From contig OZ245056.1 in assembly GCA_965224705.1 (NCBI GenBank), positions 2,176,001 through 2,240,000 on the forward strand: a DNA stretch of 64,000 nucleotides, in the 5' to 3' direction. Below the pieces are notes generated by a model, which did no database searches, was not told the origin of the DNA, and saw only the letters and a list, made by a program, of their open reading frames with translations. A program made the translations under genes and the position numbers. The DNA is from Spirochaetaceae bacterium (GTDB lineage Bacteria > Spirochaetota > Spirochaetia > DSM-2461). Of the stretch, positions 49,571-59,725 are shown piece by piece. Positions within the stretch are counted from its first letter, which is position 1. The number at the start of each line of letters is the position of its first letter.

Positions 49571-52267
49571 ATGAACGAAGATGTATATATCCTTGATGGA
49601 TATGGACTCATTTACCGATCGTATTTTGCTCTTATCAACAGGCCTCTGACCGACAGGAATGGGAAGAATATTACGGCGATACATGCTTTCATTCGTCACA
49701 TTCTGTTTCTTCAAAATGAGTACAGTGCTGAGAAGATCATCGTAGCTCTGGATTCCGTCGGGCCAACTTTCCGCCATCAGCAATATCCCGAGTACAAGGC
49801 AAATCGGGATTCGGCTCCTGACGATCTGCATGCACAGGTGCCGCCCATTGAGGACATGCTTGGATTTCTGGGGATTCCGGTTGTTCGCATGGATGGATTT
49901 GAGGCGGATGACATCATGGGTTCTGTGGCTGAGTACTGCAATACACAGGGAATTGTATGCCGACTGATCAGTTCAGACAAGGATTTGATGCAGCTGGTGG
50001 GCGGTACCGTTTCAATGCTGAGACCGGGCAGGGGAATTGGACTCCAGCACATTGGTGTGGATGAAGTCCTGGCGGAAAAAGGTGTGAAACCCGAACAATT
50101 CATCGATTATCTGGCTCTGGTGGGTGATACATCGGACAACATCCCTGGAGTAGCAGGTATTGGCCCTAAAACCGCATCAGCACTGATTTCAGAATGGGGT
50201 TCCATGGATGAGTTGTACAATAATCTTGAAACAGCCGCCCAGGGTTCAAAGCTTGCGAAGCTTATTCAAGGGCGGGAGGATGCCTGTCTGAGCCGTCGTC
50301 TGGTTACGATTCGAAGAGATCTCGATATTGCTGATGTTGTTCACAGTGCGGGTTCCCTGCCAATGGACATTCATTCGGCCCTGTCGTTCTGCCGAGACAG
50401 GGATATGAAAATCCTCATGGATGAAATCGCCGCACTCCACCCCGAATACAGTGTCTCTGATAGAGACAATCATCAACTCCAATCCACCGCATATACGGCA
50501 ATTCTTAGCACAGATCAATTGGATTTCTGGAAGAAAAAAATTCTGGCGGCCGGAACAGTGGCCCTGGACACTGAAACAGATAATCGCGACCCAATGCAGG
50601 CTTCACTTGTTGGTTTGTCGTTTGCCGTTGATTCCAGGGAAGCGGCTTACCTGCCTCTCAGAAGATCCGATGGGGAATGCCTGGAAAGAAATCCTGTGAT
50701 TGAATGGCTGACGGAGGTCTTTTGTAACAATCCGGTTAGAATCATAGGCCAGAATTTCAAGTACGATATAAAAGTTCTCCGCCGAGCGGGAGTTCCAATA
50801 GGACCTGCATGGTTTGATACGATGATTGCCGCCTGGGTGCTGGACTCCTCTTTGCCGGTGGGAATGGATGCTCTGGCATCCCGGTACCTCAATACGGAAA
50901 CGATGAAGTTTTCTTCCGTTGTTCCCAAAGGGGGGACTTTCGTTGATGTTCCCCTGGATAAGGCTGTGGAGTATGCTGCCGAAGATGCGGCGATCACCTT
51001 GAAACTGTACAGGCATTTTATGCCGTTATTGGATGCGGATGAAGACAGATCCAGGGTGTTCTGGGATTATGAAATGCCGCTTCTCCCCATCCTTACGGAG
51101 ATGGAAATGAAAGGAATTGGACTGGATGTCTTTGAGCTGGAAGCTTATTCCGAAGAACTCAGGGAGGAAATTCATCGCCTGACAAAAAGAATTCATTCTC
51201 TTTGTGGAAAAGAATTTAACATTGCATCATCGAAGCAGCTCCAGAAGGTTCTCTTTGAGGAACGAGGCTTAACTCCGGGGAAGAAGACAAAAACCGGTTA
51301 TTCAACAGATAACTCAGTCCTCAATAACCTGGTCAAAGAAGATCCCCTGCCGGAGAAGATACTTTTATACCGTTCACTCACGAAACTGAAATCTACCTAT
51401 GTTGACACACTGCCGCAGTTGGTACATCCGCAGGACGGACGAATTCATACAAGCTATTCCCAGACAGGTTCCGCAACGGGTCGTCTGTCCAGTAACAATC
51501 CCAACCTCCAGAACATTCCCATCCGGGATGAAAATGGCCGTAGAATACGCAGGTCATTTAAAAGCATTCCCGGATGTCAGTTCGTATCAGCCGATTATTC
51601 TCAAATTGAATTAGTTATTCTTGCCCATATTTCCGGAGATACAGCTCTTACGGAGGCCTTTCGTACTGAAATAGATGTTCATGCCCAAACAGCGGCATTG
51701 CTGCATGGTATTGATACTTCTGAAGTAACCTCCGAGCAGCGGCGTCTGGGCAAGGTCATTAACTTTGGTGTTATGTATGGAATGAGTGCGTTCCGTCTTT
51801 CCAATGAGTTGAGAATAAGCCGAAAAGAGGCAAAGCACTTCATAGATGCTTATTTCTTAACCTATAGCGGAGTGAAGTCGTTCATCAATGAAGCTGTTAA
51901 GAATGCAGAAAGAGATTGTGGTATTAGAACCATGTATGGCCGGTTCCGCCCCCTGCCAGGGATCAACAGCCGTAATCGAATTGAAAAATCGGCGGCTGAA
52001 CGGGCAGCTGTCAATTCAATAATCCAGGGTACTGCTGCAGATATTATGAAACTGGCTATGATTTCTGTTGACCGGGTTCTCAAGGAACACCATCCCGGAG
52101 CACAGATGCTGCTGCAGGTTCACGATGAATTACTGATCGAAGCACAGGAAGCGGAGGTCCCACTGCTTTCCAGAAGGGTGAAGTCAGCTATGGAAGAGGT
52201 TGTAGAACTTTCGGTACCCCTCTGTGCTGAAGTTGAAGCAGGCACATCGTGGGGAGATATACATTAG
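49571..52267 (+). CDS. polA: DNA polymerase I
   Basis: 5'-3' exo (EADD, GDTSDNIPG), TGRLSS..PNLQNIP, ADYSQIEL, QVHDEL. Confidence 0.97.
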   Translation: MNEDVYILDGYGLIYRSYFALINRPLTDRNGKNITAIHAFIRHILFLQNEYSAEKIIVALDSVGPTFRHQQYPEYKANRDSAPDDLHAQVPPIEDMLGFLGIPVVRMDGFEADDIMGSVAEYCNTQGIVCRLISSDKDLMQLVGGTVSMLRPGRGIGLQHIGVDEVLAEKGVKPEQFIDYLALVGDTSDNIPGVAGIGPKTASALISEWGSMDELYNNLETAAQGSKLAKLIQGREDACLSRRLVTIRRDLDIADVVHSAGSLPMDIHSALSFCRDRDMKILMDEIAALHPEYSVSDRDNHQLQSTAYTAILSTDQLDFWKKKILAAGTVALDTETDNRDPMQASLVGLSFAVDSREAAYLPLRRSDGECLERNPVIEWLTEVFCNNPVRIIGQNFKYDIKVLRRAGVPIGPAWFDTMIAAWVLDSSLPVGMDALASRYLNTETMKFSSVVPKGGTFVDVPLDKAVEYAAEDAAITLKLYRHFMPLLDADEDRSRVFWDYEMPLLPILTEMEMKGIGLDVFELEAYSEELREEIHRLTKRIHSLCGKEFNIASSKQLQKVLFEERGLTPGKKTKTGYSTDNSVLNNLVKEDPLPEKILLYRSLTKLKSTYVDTLPQLVHPQDGRIHTSYSQTGSATGRLSSNNPNLQNIPIRDENGRRIRRSFKSIPGCQFVSADYSQIELVILAHISGDTALTEAFRTEIDVHAQTAALLHGIDTSEVTSEQRRLGKVINFGVMYGMSAFRLSNELRISRKEAKHFIDAYFLTYSGVKSFINEAVKNAERDCGIRTMYGRFRPLPGINSRNRIEKSAAERAAVNSIIQGTAADIMKLAMISVDRVLKEHHPGAQMLLQVHDELLIEAQEAEVPLLSRRVKSAMEEVVELSVPLCAEVEAGTSWGDIH

Positions 52268-52345
52268 AGTCTGTCTTGGAACTCTTTGAATGTGAGAACA
52301 GTTGTACTGAATGAGCACTGCTGAAACAATCCCCGGAGGAATAAA

Positions 52346-52927
52346 ATGCTGCTGGGCATATCGGGCAAGACAGGATCGGGCAAGAATCTGGCTGCTTCTT
52401 TTCTTGAGGGAAAAGGATGGCGATCCCTGGATCTTGATGTTGTGGCCCATGAGATCCTGAACATGAATGCCAGTCTTATTGAGGAGGAATTTGGACCTGA
52501 CATCGTTGATGATAAGGGTGAAGTCAATCGGCGAATTCTTGGTCTCAGAGTTTTTAATCAGCCCGAACTGCTTCAAAAACTTGAACTGATTACTTATCCA
52601 TTGATAGAAAAAAAAACTGATGAATGGATAGCTGAGAATCTGGTGGTTCCAGCTGCAATTCATGCTGTCAATCTGCATAGAATCAGTAATCTTCAGAGAT
52701 TTAACGCATTCATCTGGGTTTATTCACCCAGGGCAATACGCCGCAAAAGGGTTATTGCCCGGGAGGGTCGACCCTGGAAAGATCTGAAAGGACGTTTTAA
52801 GAGTCAAAATGGATTGAATTCTAAACTCTACTCTCCATACGCCGAAACCTATAGAGTGGGGAACTCTGGTAAACCTGAGCAATTGGAGTCCAGGTTGGAG
52901 GAGATCCTTCGTCAGATAGAGGGATGA
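52346..52927 (+). CDS. coaE: dephospho-CoA kinase
   Basis: GISGKTGSGK, VNRRILG..VF; polA-coaE synteny. Confidence 0.85.
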   Translation: MLLGISGKTGSGKNLAASFLEGKGWRSLDLDVVAHEILNMNASLIEEEFGPDIVDDKGEVNRRILGLRVFNQPELLQKLELITYPLIEKKTDEWIAENLVVPAAIHAVNLHRISNLQRFNAFIWVYSPRAIRRKRVIAREGRPWKDLKGRFKSQNGLNSKLYSPYAETYRVGNSGKPEQLESRLEEILRQIEG

Positions 52928-52928
52928 T

Positions 52929-53681
52929 ATGACCGAAGAAATAAAACAAAGCTCTCCCATGGTGATTCTGATTAGTGTTCTGGGAGTTCTCACCATCTCA
53001 TTACTTGCAGGTTTACTGTTGATGCGGATGAAAAGAGGGGAGGACTTGAGTTTCGACCCATCCCTCGTATTTGGACAGAATCCGCAAACAACCGATTATT
53101 TTGATCCTGTCAGCTGGGCACGGGAAGATGCTGCCTATCCTCCTCTTCAAGAGACAGAAGATGCGGGTGAATTGGCTGCTGATTCCAGTGGTGATGGCGC
53201 TCTTCCTGAAGTGAAGACAGATGAAAGTCCCGCAGTACCCACTCAAAATCCTGTCGTACAATCTGTTCCATCGCAGACAGAATCCTCCAATCAACAGACA
53301 GTCCCGCTGCACACACAGATTTCTGCCGAACAGGTGATACAGTCACTTACCCAATTACATGGTCAGAACAATTCAACCGTACTTGTGCAGGCTGAACAAT
53401 ACCGGGAAGTTACAGAAAAAGCATTCTGGGTTCAAATTTTTTCATCGACCGATCAATCACGAGCAGAAGATATACAGATGAAACTCGCAAAACAGGGCAT
53501 GCCTGCTGTTATACAGGTAAAGAGGATTGATGGAATCCTCAGGTACAGGGTTCGGCTGGGAGCATTCTCACTTCGAAGTGAAGCTGAACACTATGCTGCA
53601 ATCATACGCGAAATTGCTGGTTTTGGAACGAGTTATGTTGTAACAGCACCTGTTACTCGTCAGATACCCCGTGATTCCTGA
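52929..53681 (+). CDS. SPOR domain protein
   Basis: N-terminal TM; FWVQIFS, YRVRLGAF. Confidence 0.85.
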   Translation: MTEEIKQSSPMVILISVLGVLTISLLAGLLLMRMKRGEDLSFDPSLVFGQNPQTTDYFDPVSWAREDAAYPPLQETEDAGELAADSSGDGALPEVKTDESPAVPTQNPVVQSVPSQTESSNQQTVPLHTQISAEQVIQSLTQLHGQNNSTVLVQAEQYREVTEKAFWVQIFSSTDQSRAEDIQMKLAKQGMPAVIQVKRIDGILRYRVRLGAFSLRSEAEHYAAIIREIAGFGTSYVVTAPVTRQIPRDS

Positions 53682-53713
53682 TCCGGTCAGGCTCTGGTGT
53701 TATTGTATTTACC

Positions 53714-54045
53714 CAGTGTCAGAAAGCCTGTAAAACCCCCTTCAACTCATCCCGGGAGTCCAAAATGAACTCGGACTCACTTCCGGCAAAGATGTTGATA
53801 TGGTTGGGATAGTACTGAGAGAAGGAAAAGGACTCCAGTCCATCCGCGGCCATGGATTCCCTCTGTGTGGTAGGAACTGTGTATCGAAAACCAGTTTTTT
53901 TGCTTTGAGGCACTGAAATGGATACATTTCGGGTTGGGGCAGTGAGGGAATGGCATGATCAAACTCCTTTATAAATTGTTTTCTTACTATGTTATAACAA
54001 GCCTGACAGAGGTTTTTTGCTGCATTAACAAGCTTTCTGACACTG
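53714..54045 (-). mobile_element. family B element with transposase remnants
   Basis: IRs CAGTGTCAGAAAGC(C/T)TGT; fragments PHCPNPKC (Zn ribbon) and DGLESFSFSQYYPNHINI. Confidence 0.72.
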
Positions 54046-54207
54046 GGAGTCGGTCGGATTTTAAGGCTTCAAGGCGATTTTTGATGATTTTTCCTGATGC
54101 AAGGCGACGAAAACGGAGCGTAGCTGGGCTACGTGAGTATTTTGGCAACGCGGTAGCGGGAAAAAAGGGCAAAAATCGAGCCGTGAGACGTAAATCCGAC
54201 AGGCTCC
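54046..54207. mobile_element. MITE family A (162 bp)
   Basis: GGAGTCGGTCGGATTT...AAATCCGACAGGCTCC; closely similar to 35910-36072. Confidence 0.85.
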
Positions 54208-54217
54208 TAAGTGTTTT

Positions 54218-55186
54218 TTATTCCGTACGGCCGAAAACCTTCACAAAGATACTGAATAAATCCTGGGCCTTTGTATTCTTTTCATTAACATGACCAATCT
54301 CCCGGATTTTTTTAGAGCGGTAACGGATAAGCTGTTCAGGTGATTTTGACATCAGTACCTTGAGATCTTTAAGAATCATTTTTTTTATTTCTCCGGCAGT
54401 GAACTCCGGGTTAAGATGGGCTCCTCCGGGGACTTCCGGGATAAGACCATGAATAATGCCGAACTCATTCACATCCTGGGCTGTTACTTTCATTATCTCC
54501 GCAGCTTCCTTGGCCTTATCGGCATCCCGGAGTAAAATAGATGCATATCCCTCAGGACTGATTACCGAGTAAATTGAGTTTTCAAGCATATAGATCTTAT
54601 CTCCAACACCAATACCCAGAGCACCACCTGAACCGCCTTCACCGATAATGAAGCAGATGATGGGGACTTTCAGTGTGCTGAATACCTTGAGATTCATCGC
54701 AATGGCTTCCCCTATGCCCCGTGCCTCGGCCTGGATTCCGGGGTAAGCCCCTGAAGTATCAATAAAAGTCACCACAGGTCGATGGAATTTCTCGGCCTGT
54801 TTTGCAATACGCAGGGCTTTGCGGTAGCCCTCAGGATATGCCCACCCGTAGTTTCGATCTATGTTTTCTTTCAGATTCTTTCCACGCTGGTGGCCGATAA
54901 AAGTAATGGCCCTGCCTTCGATGGTGCCGATACCTCCTATCATGGCTGGATCATCTCCATAATGACGATCTCCGTGGAGTTCAACAAACTCCTCACAGAT
55001 GAGATCTATGTAATCCAATGTATTGGGTCTGTCTATGCGGCGGGCGAGTTGAACTTTTTCCCATGTATCATTGAAGTCAGGGATGTAGCGTTTTTTCAGT
55101 TCATCCAAACCCGGTATTTTCATATGCTCTTTCTCAGCAAGAATCTTTATCTCTTCAATTTTGCTGTGGATTATCGATTCATCCAT
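54218..55186 (-). CDS. accA: acetyl-CoA carboxylase carboxyltransferase alpha
   Basis: ELHGDR..DD, PEGYRKALR, GEGGSGGA, YSVISPEG. Confidence 0.96.
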   Translation of the reverse strand: MDESIIHSKIEEIKILAEKEHMKIPGLDELKKRYIPDFNDTWEKVQLARRIDRPNTLDYIDLICEEFVELHGDRHYGDDPAMIGGIGTIEGRAITFIGHQRGKNLKENIDRNYGWAYPEGYRKALRIAKQAEKFHRPVVTFIDTSGAYPGIQAEARGIGEAIAMNLKVFSTLKVPIICFIIGEGGSGGALGIGVGDKIYMLENSIYSVISPEGYASILLRDADKAKEAAEIMKVTAQDVNEFGIIHGLIPEVPGGAHLNPEFTAGEIKKMILKDLKVLMSKSPEQLIRYRSKKIREIGHVNEKNTKAQDLFSIFVKVFGRTE

Positions 55187-55188
55187 CT

Positions 55189-56034
55189 CTAAACCTCCTG
55201 TTCATGGGTGCGGAGCAGGAAACTCAAAGTTTTCCGTAACTCAGATCTGTGAACTATCATGTCCAGAAAACCCTTCGCCAATTGGAATTCAGCACGCTGA
55301 AATCCTTCCGGCAAATTCTCCTTGAGGGTTCCCTCTATAACTCTCTGACCGGCGAATCCGATGAGTGCTCCAGGCTCAGCAATATTAAGATCTCCCAGCA
55401 TGGCAAAACTTGCCGTCACACCACCGGTGGTGGGATGAGTGAGGACAATAAATAAGGGAACTCCAAGATCTTCCAGCAGGGCAGCTGCATTGGATGTTTT
55501 TGCCATCTGCATGAGGGAAAAGATTCCCTCCTGCATACGGGCTCCTCCGGATGCTGAAATCAGGATTACGGGCGTGGATTCATCGGCTCCCTTCAAAATA
55601 GCCCGGGTTATTTTTTCTCCCACAACAGAACCCATACTGCCGCCGAGGAACTGGAATGACATCACACCAAGTATGGCACGTTTTTTTTCGATCATCGCAG
55701 TTCCTGTCACTATGGCATCTTTGATGCCTGATTTCCCCTGAGCCTGGGTGATCTTTTCCTCATAGCCGCTGAGTGAAATTGGGTTTCTGCTTGACAATTC
55801 TTCTGAAAACTCAACAAATGTTCCTTTATCCACCAGGGTGGAAATGCGGTCATAGGGGTGCATGGGCATGTGAAAACCACATTCCGGGCATACTTGAAGG
55901 CTGGCGACAAGATCGTCTCTCTTGATTTCATTATTGCATTCTCGACATGTTGTATCCCCAACTGTTGAAAACAGCTCAGGCAGAGTTTCTTCATTCTTCC
56001 TGCGCAGTATACCTTTGATGGATTCCATTACCAT
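55189..56034 (-). CDS. accD: acetyl-CoA carboxylase carboxyltransferase beta
   Basis: Zn finger, GGSMGSVVGEK, SGGARMQEG, PTTGGVTASFA. Confidence 0.96.
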   Translation of the reverse strand: MVMESIKGILRRKNEETLPELFSTVGDTTCRECNNEIKRDDLVASLQVCPECGFHMPMHPYDRISTLVDKGTFVEFSEELSSRNPISLSGYEEKITQAQGKSGIKDAIVTGTAMIEKKRAILGVMSFQFLGGSMGSVVGEKITRAILKGADESTPVILISASGGARMQEGIFSLMQMAKTSNAAALLEDLGVPLFIVLTHPTTGGVTASFAMLGDLNIAEPGALIGFAGQRVIEGTLKENLPEGFQRAEFQLAKGFLDMIVHRSELRKTLSFLLRTHEQEV

Positions 56035-56039
56035 GTTTC

Positions 56040-57380
56040 TTACTCCATTATGATCTGACTGTAGAGGTCTGTTCCAAAGCGGCCGCTTCTAAATTGTGTC
56101 GACTCCAGAATCTTTAACTGCTCTTCCCTGTTCGTTGTAATTCCTTCGATGCGAATCTCCCGGAGTGCTCGAGACATTCGGGCCAGGCCGGACTTGCGAT
56201 CCGGTGCCCAGACAATAACTTTGGCAACCATGGAATCGTAATGCGGAGAAACCAGGCATCCCGGATACAGGAATGTATCAGTCCGGACAAATGGCCCTCC
56301 TGGAGGTTCAAATATGGTAACCCTGCCAGGGTTCAGGGTATTCAGTCTTGTTTCCAATGCATAGCCCTGAATTCGAAATGAGTCCTGGCCAATGTCCATT
56401 CTACCTTCACTGCAGGCAAGTATCTGCTCCCGAATTATGTCCACACCGGTTACGCACTCGGTTACGGGATGTTCTACCTGCACCCGGGCATTGACCTCCA
56501 TGAAATAATGCCTGTCATTTTCAACAAGAAATTCAACTGTAGCAGCACCGGCATATTCAAGTTTTCGGAAAAGCCGAATCGCATCCCTCTTCATTGTTTC
56601 ACGAAGTTTTGGACTGACGGCCGTTGACAGACTTTCTTCCAGAAGTTTTTGATGATTTTTTTGAACAGAACAATCTCTCTCTCCAAGGTAGATTACTTCC
56701 CCTTTGCCATCTGAAAGAATTTGAATCTCAACATGTCTTGGATTTTGAATATATCTTTCAATAAAAATTGTTCCATCAGCGAAGAATTTCATGGCCTCAG
56801 TTGAAGCAATACGAATACTCTCTTCCAGTTCCACGATATTCCGAATGATCCGCATACCCCGGCCGCCGCCTCCGGCAGCCGCTTTGACGATGATGGGAGT
56901 TCCAAGTGTTTTTGCTATGCGAACAGCTGCATCCACATTTTCCACCGGGCCATCACTTCCGGGTATCAAGGGAAGACCTGCCGACTGAGCCGTTGACTTT
57001 GCCTGGATTTTGTCTCCCAGAAGTCTGATCGTTGCACCTTCAGCTCCAATGAATACCAATCCAGACTTCCTCACAGCCGAGGCGAATTCAGCATTTTCTG
57101 ACAAAAACCCAACACCGGGATGAATGGCATCACAATGGGTAAAAAGTGCTGCTGTGATGAGGGCATTCTGGTTGAGATAGCTTTCTGTGGAGGAAGCTGG
57201 ACCTATGCAGACGGATTGATCAGCAATACGGACATGAAGGGCATCCGTATCGGCCTGTGAATACACCGCAACGGCTCTCAGCCCCATCTCCTTACAGGTT
57301 CGTATGATTCGTACTGCAATCTCACCGCGGTTTGCAACGAGTATGCTCCGAATAAAGGGCGTGGTTTTTTGTTTTTTCAT
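56040..57380 (-). CDS. accC: biotin carboxylase
   Basis: ANRGEIA, GGGGRGMR, ERDCSVQ, RVQVEHPVTE. Confidence 0.96.
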   Translation of the reverse strand: MKKQKTTPFIRSILVANRGEIAVRIIRTCKEMGLRAVAVYSQADTDALHVRIADQSVCIGPASSTESYLNQNALITAALFTHCDAIHPGVGFLSENAEFASAVRKSGLVFIGAEGATIRLLGDKIQAKSTAQSAGLPLIPGSDGPVENVDAAVRIAKTLGTPIIVKAAAGGGGRGMRIIRNIVELEESIRIASTEAMKFFADGTIFIERYIQNPRHVEIQILSDGKGEVIYLGERDCSVQKNHQKLLEESLSTAVSPKLRETMKRDAIRLFRKLEYAGAATVEFLVENDRHYFMEVNARVQVEHPVTECVTGVDIIREQILACSEGRMDIGQDSFRIQGYALETRLNTLNPGRVTIFEPPGGPFVRTDTFLYPGCLVSPHYDSMVAKVIVWAPDRKSGLARMSRALREIRIEGITTNREEQLKILESTQFRSGRFGTDLYSQIIME

Positions 57381-57383
57381 GAC

Positions 57384-57821
57384 TCAGCTCTGAATTCGCT
57401 TAACCTCAAAGAGAGGGGCATCATATTCCACCATCTGACCATTCTCTGCAAGGATTTTGATGATTTCACATGGGAAATCAGCCTCAAGCCTATTCATTAT
57501 CTTCATAGCTTCAATGATGCACACAGCTTCACCTTTTGCAATTTGACTGCCCTCATCGACAAATGGCCGTGCATCAGCTGCCGGTGACCGATAGAAAGTA
57601 CCGATGAGAGGTGATTTGATTATCTCTACATCCTGGTCAGCTGTTGAATTGTTCGTGGAGACTGTTTCATGGGTTACTGCCGCTGCAGGGGCTGCCGTGT
57701 TCACATGAGAAACCTGGTTTTTTTTGAGAGTGATTTTAAAATCTTCCGATTCAATCTTGATTTCGGCCAGCTGGCTTTCCTCAAATTTCTGCATCAGTTC
57801 GTATATTTGTTCCTTGTCCAT
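57384..57821 (-). CDS. accB: biotin carboxyl carrier protein
   Basis: SPLIGTFYR, EAMKIMN. Confidence 0.95.
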   Translation of the reverse strand: MDKEQIYELMQKFEESQLAEIKIESEDFKITLKKNQVSHVNTAAPAAAVTHETVSTNNSTADQDVEIIKSPLIGTFYRSPAADARPFVDEGSQIAKGEAVCIIEAMKIMNRLEADFPCEIIKILAENGQMVEYDAPLFEVKRIQS

Positions 57822-57935
57822 TCCGTGTTTCTCCCTTTTGAAAGTCACAATGCTAATAATCAATCCTGTCTGTGTCAATATTGACAGTTTGTCAGGAAGA
57901 GTGAATAATCCGTAAAACAGCAATTTGGAGGTTAG

Positions 57936-58916
57936 ATGACAGCTGGAATTCGATCTGTTGGTGTGTACATTCCTGCTCGGCGTGTCAGTAATGTGGAATT
58001 ATCAGAATCTCTTGATACTTCTGATGAATGGATTCGTTCTCATACGGGCATTGGAAATCGTCATATTGCTTCTGAGAGCGAGTCTGTGTCCCGTATGGCA
58101 ACAGAAGCCGCCAGAGATGCAATTACAAGAGCAGGTTTGAGAAATGAGGACATTGACTTCATCATTGTGGCCACTATTACCTCGGACTATAGAGATTTTC
58201 CTGCTACGGCTAATCTGGTTCAGAACAATCTATCGGCAGCCAATATCGGTTCTTGTGATATCAAGGCGGCATGTACAGGATTTGTCTATGGCCTTGAGTT
58301 GGGCCGCGGCTTGATTCTTGGTGGGACGGCAAAAAATATCCTGATCATTGGTGCAGAGAAGCTTTCCTCGATTATTGACTGGAATGACCGAAGCATAGCT
58401 GTCCTGTTTGGGGATGGTGCTGGAGCCGTTGTTCTGGGAAGGGAAGATTCTGGGAGAGGAGTGCAGGACAGCATTCTAAGAACGGATGGCGGTGGCGCTG
58501 AACATCTGTGCATGCCCGTTGGAGGGACAGCAACCCCATTTGATCCTGCGAAAACATATCTCGAACAGAACAGTCTGAAAATGGATGGTCAGAAGGTGTA
58601 TAATTTTGCAGTTCGGGTGAATACCGAGATTGTCAATGAGTTGATGGAACGAAATAATCTTCAATCCAGTGATGTTGATTATATTGTACCCCATCAGGCA
58701 AACTACCGTATCATTTCGGCTGCAGCCAGGCGGGCAAAAATCCCTATGGAGAAGTACTATGTGAATATTGAAGAATTTGCCAATACTTCTTCCGCATCCA
58801 TACCTCTGGCCCTGAGTGAAATGGATAGAAAGGGACTTCTAAAGCGTGGAATGAAGATTCTGACAGTTGGTTTTGGCGGCGGTCTTACATACGGTGGGAA
58901 TTATATTATCTGGTAG
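57936..58916 (+). CDS. fabH: 3-oxoacyl-ACP synthase III
   Basis: AACTGF, LFGDGAGA, PHQAN, NTSSASIP. Confidence 0.95.
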   Translation: MTAGIRSVGVYIPARRVSNVELSESLDTSDEWIRSHTGIGNRHIASESESVSRMATEAARDAITRAGLRNEDIDFIIVATITSDYRDFPATANLVQNNLSAANIGSCDIKAACTGFVYGLELGRGLILGGTAKNILIIGAEKLSSIIDWNDRSIAVLFGDGAGAVVLGREDSGRGVQDSILRTDGGGAEHLCMPVGGTATPFDPAKTYLEQNSLKMDGQKVYNFAVRVNTEIVNELMERNNLQSSDVDYIVPHQANYRIISAAARRAKIPMEKYYVNIEEFANTSSASIPLALSEMDRKGLLKRGMKILTVGFGGGLTYGGNYIIW

Positions 58917-58976
58917 CATGCGGGCGGTTATCGTCTTAACTGTACTGTGATATAGTAATGGAGAGGAGTTGTAATA

Positions 58977-59717
58977 GTGTTACTTAACAAAAAAGTTGTC
59001 CTTGTAACCGGCGGAGCCCGGGGAATTGGCAAAGAGATTATTCTAAAGATTCTTTCAGAGGGAGGAACTGTTCACTACTGTGACCTGGAAGAAGGGCCTT
59101 TTAAAGGGAAAATGGATGAAGCCGCAGGAAATGGTGCCAGTGTAACATTTCATCCAACCAACATAACCGATGAGAATCAGGTGAAAAAACTTATTAAAGA
59201 TATTACTTCGGCTGGCTCTCTTGATGTTGTTGTGAATAATGCTGGTATTACGAAAGATGGCATGGTGTTCAGGATGCCCCTTGATCAGTGGGAATCGGTT
59301 CTCAAGGTCAATCTTACCGGGTCCTTTCTGGTTTCCAGAGAAGCGTCAGCTTTTATGGCACTCAAACAGAAATCGGGAAGTATTATCAACATGGCTTCTG
59401 TTGTGGGACAGATGGGAAATGCCGGTCAAACGAACTACTCGGCTTCCAAGGCCGGCCTTATAGGTTTTACAAAGAGTCTGGCCAAAGAAACAGCAAAACG
59501 AAATGTACGGGTTAATGCAGTTGCTCCAGGATTCATAGAAACGGCTATGACAGCAAAGCTTCCTGATGAAGTAAGGGCCGAATACGTCAGGGCCATCCCT
59601 CTGGGCAGAATGGGCTTGCCTGAAGATATCGCTAAAACAGTGCTGTATCTTGCTTCTGATCTGTCGTCCTATATCACTGGGCAGGTGATAAGAGTGGACG
59701 GCGGATTGGTTATGTAG
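58977..59717 (+). CDS. fabG: 3-oxoacyl-ACP reductase
   Basis: TGGARGIG, NNAGIT, NYSASK. Confidence 0.93.
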   Translation: MLLNKKVVLVTGGARGIGKEIILKILSEGGTVHYCDLEEGPFKGKMDEAAGNGASVTFHPTNITDENQVKKLIKDITSAGSLDVVVNNAGITKDGMVFRMPLDQWESVLKVNLTGSFLVSREASAFMALKQKSGSIINMASVVGQMGNAGQTNYSASKAGLIGFTKSLAKETAKRNVRVNAVAPGFIETAMTAKLPDEVRAEYVRAIPLGRMGLPEDIAKTVLYLASDLSSYITGQVIRVDGGLVM

Positions 59718-59725
59718 GGGGACGC

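Noticed and set aside
52265..52275. Possible MITE A end at the polA stop (TAGAGTCTGTC)
   Set aside because: Only about 9 bp of similarity and no partner end.
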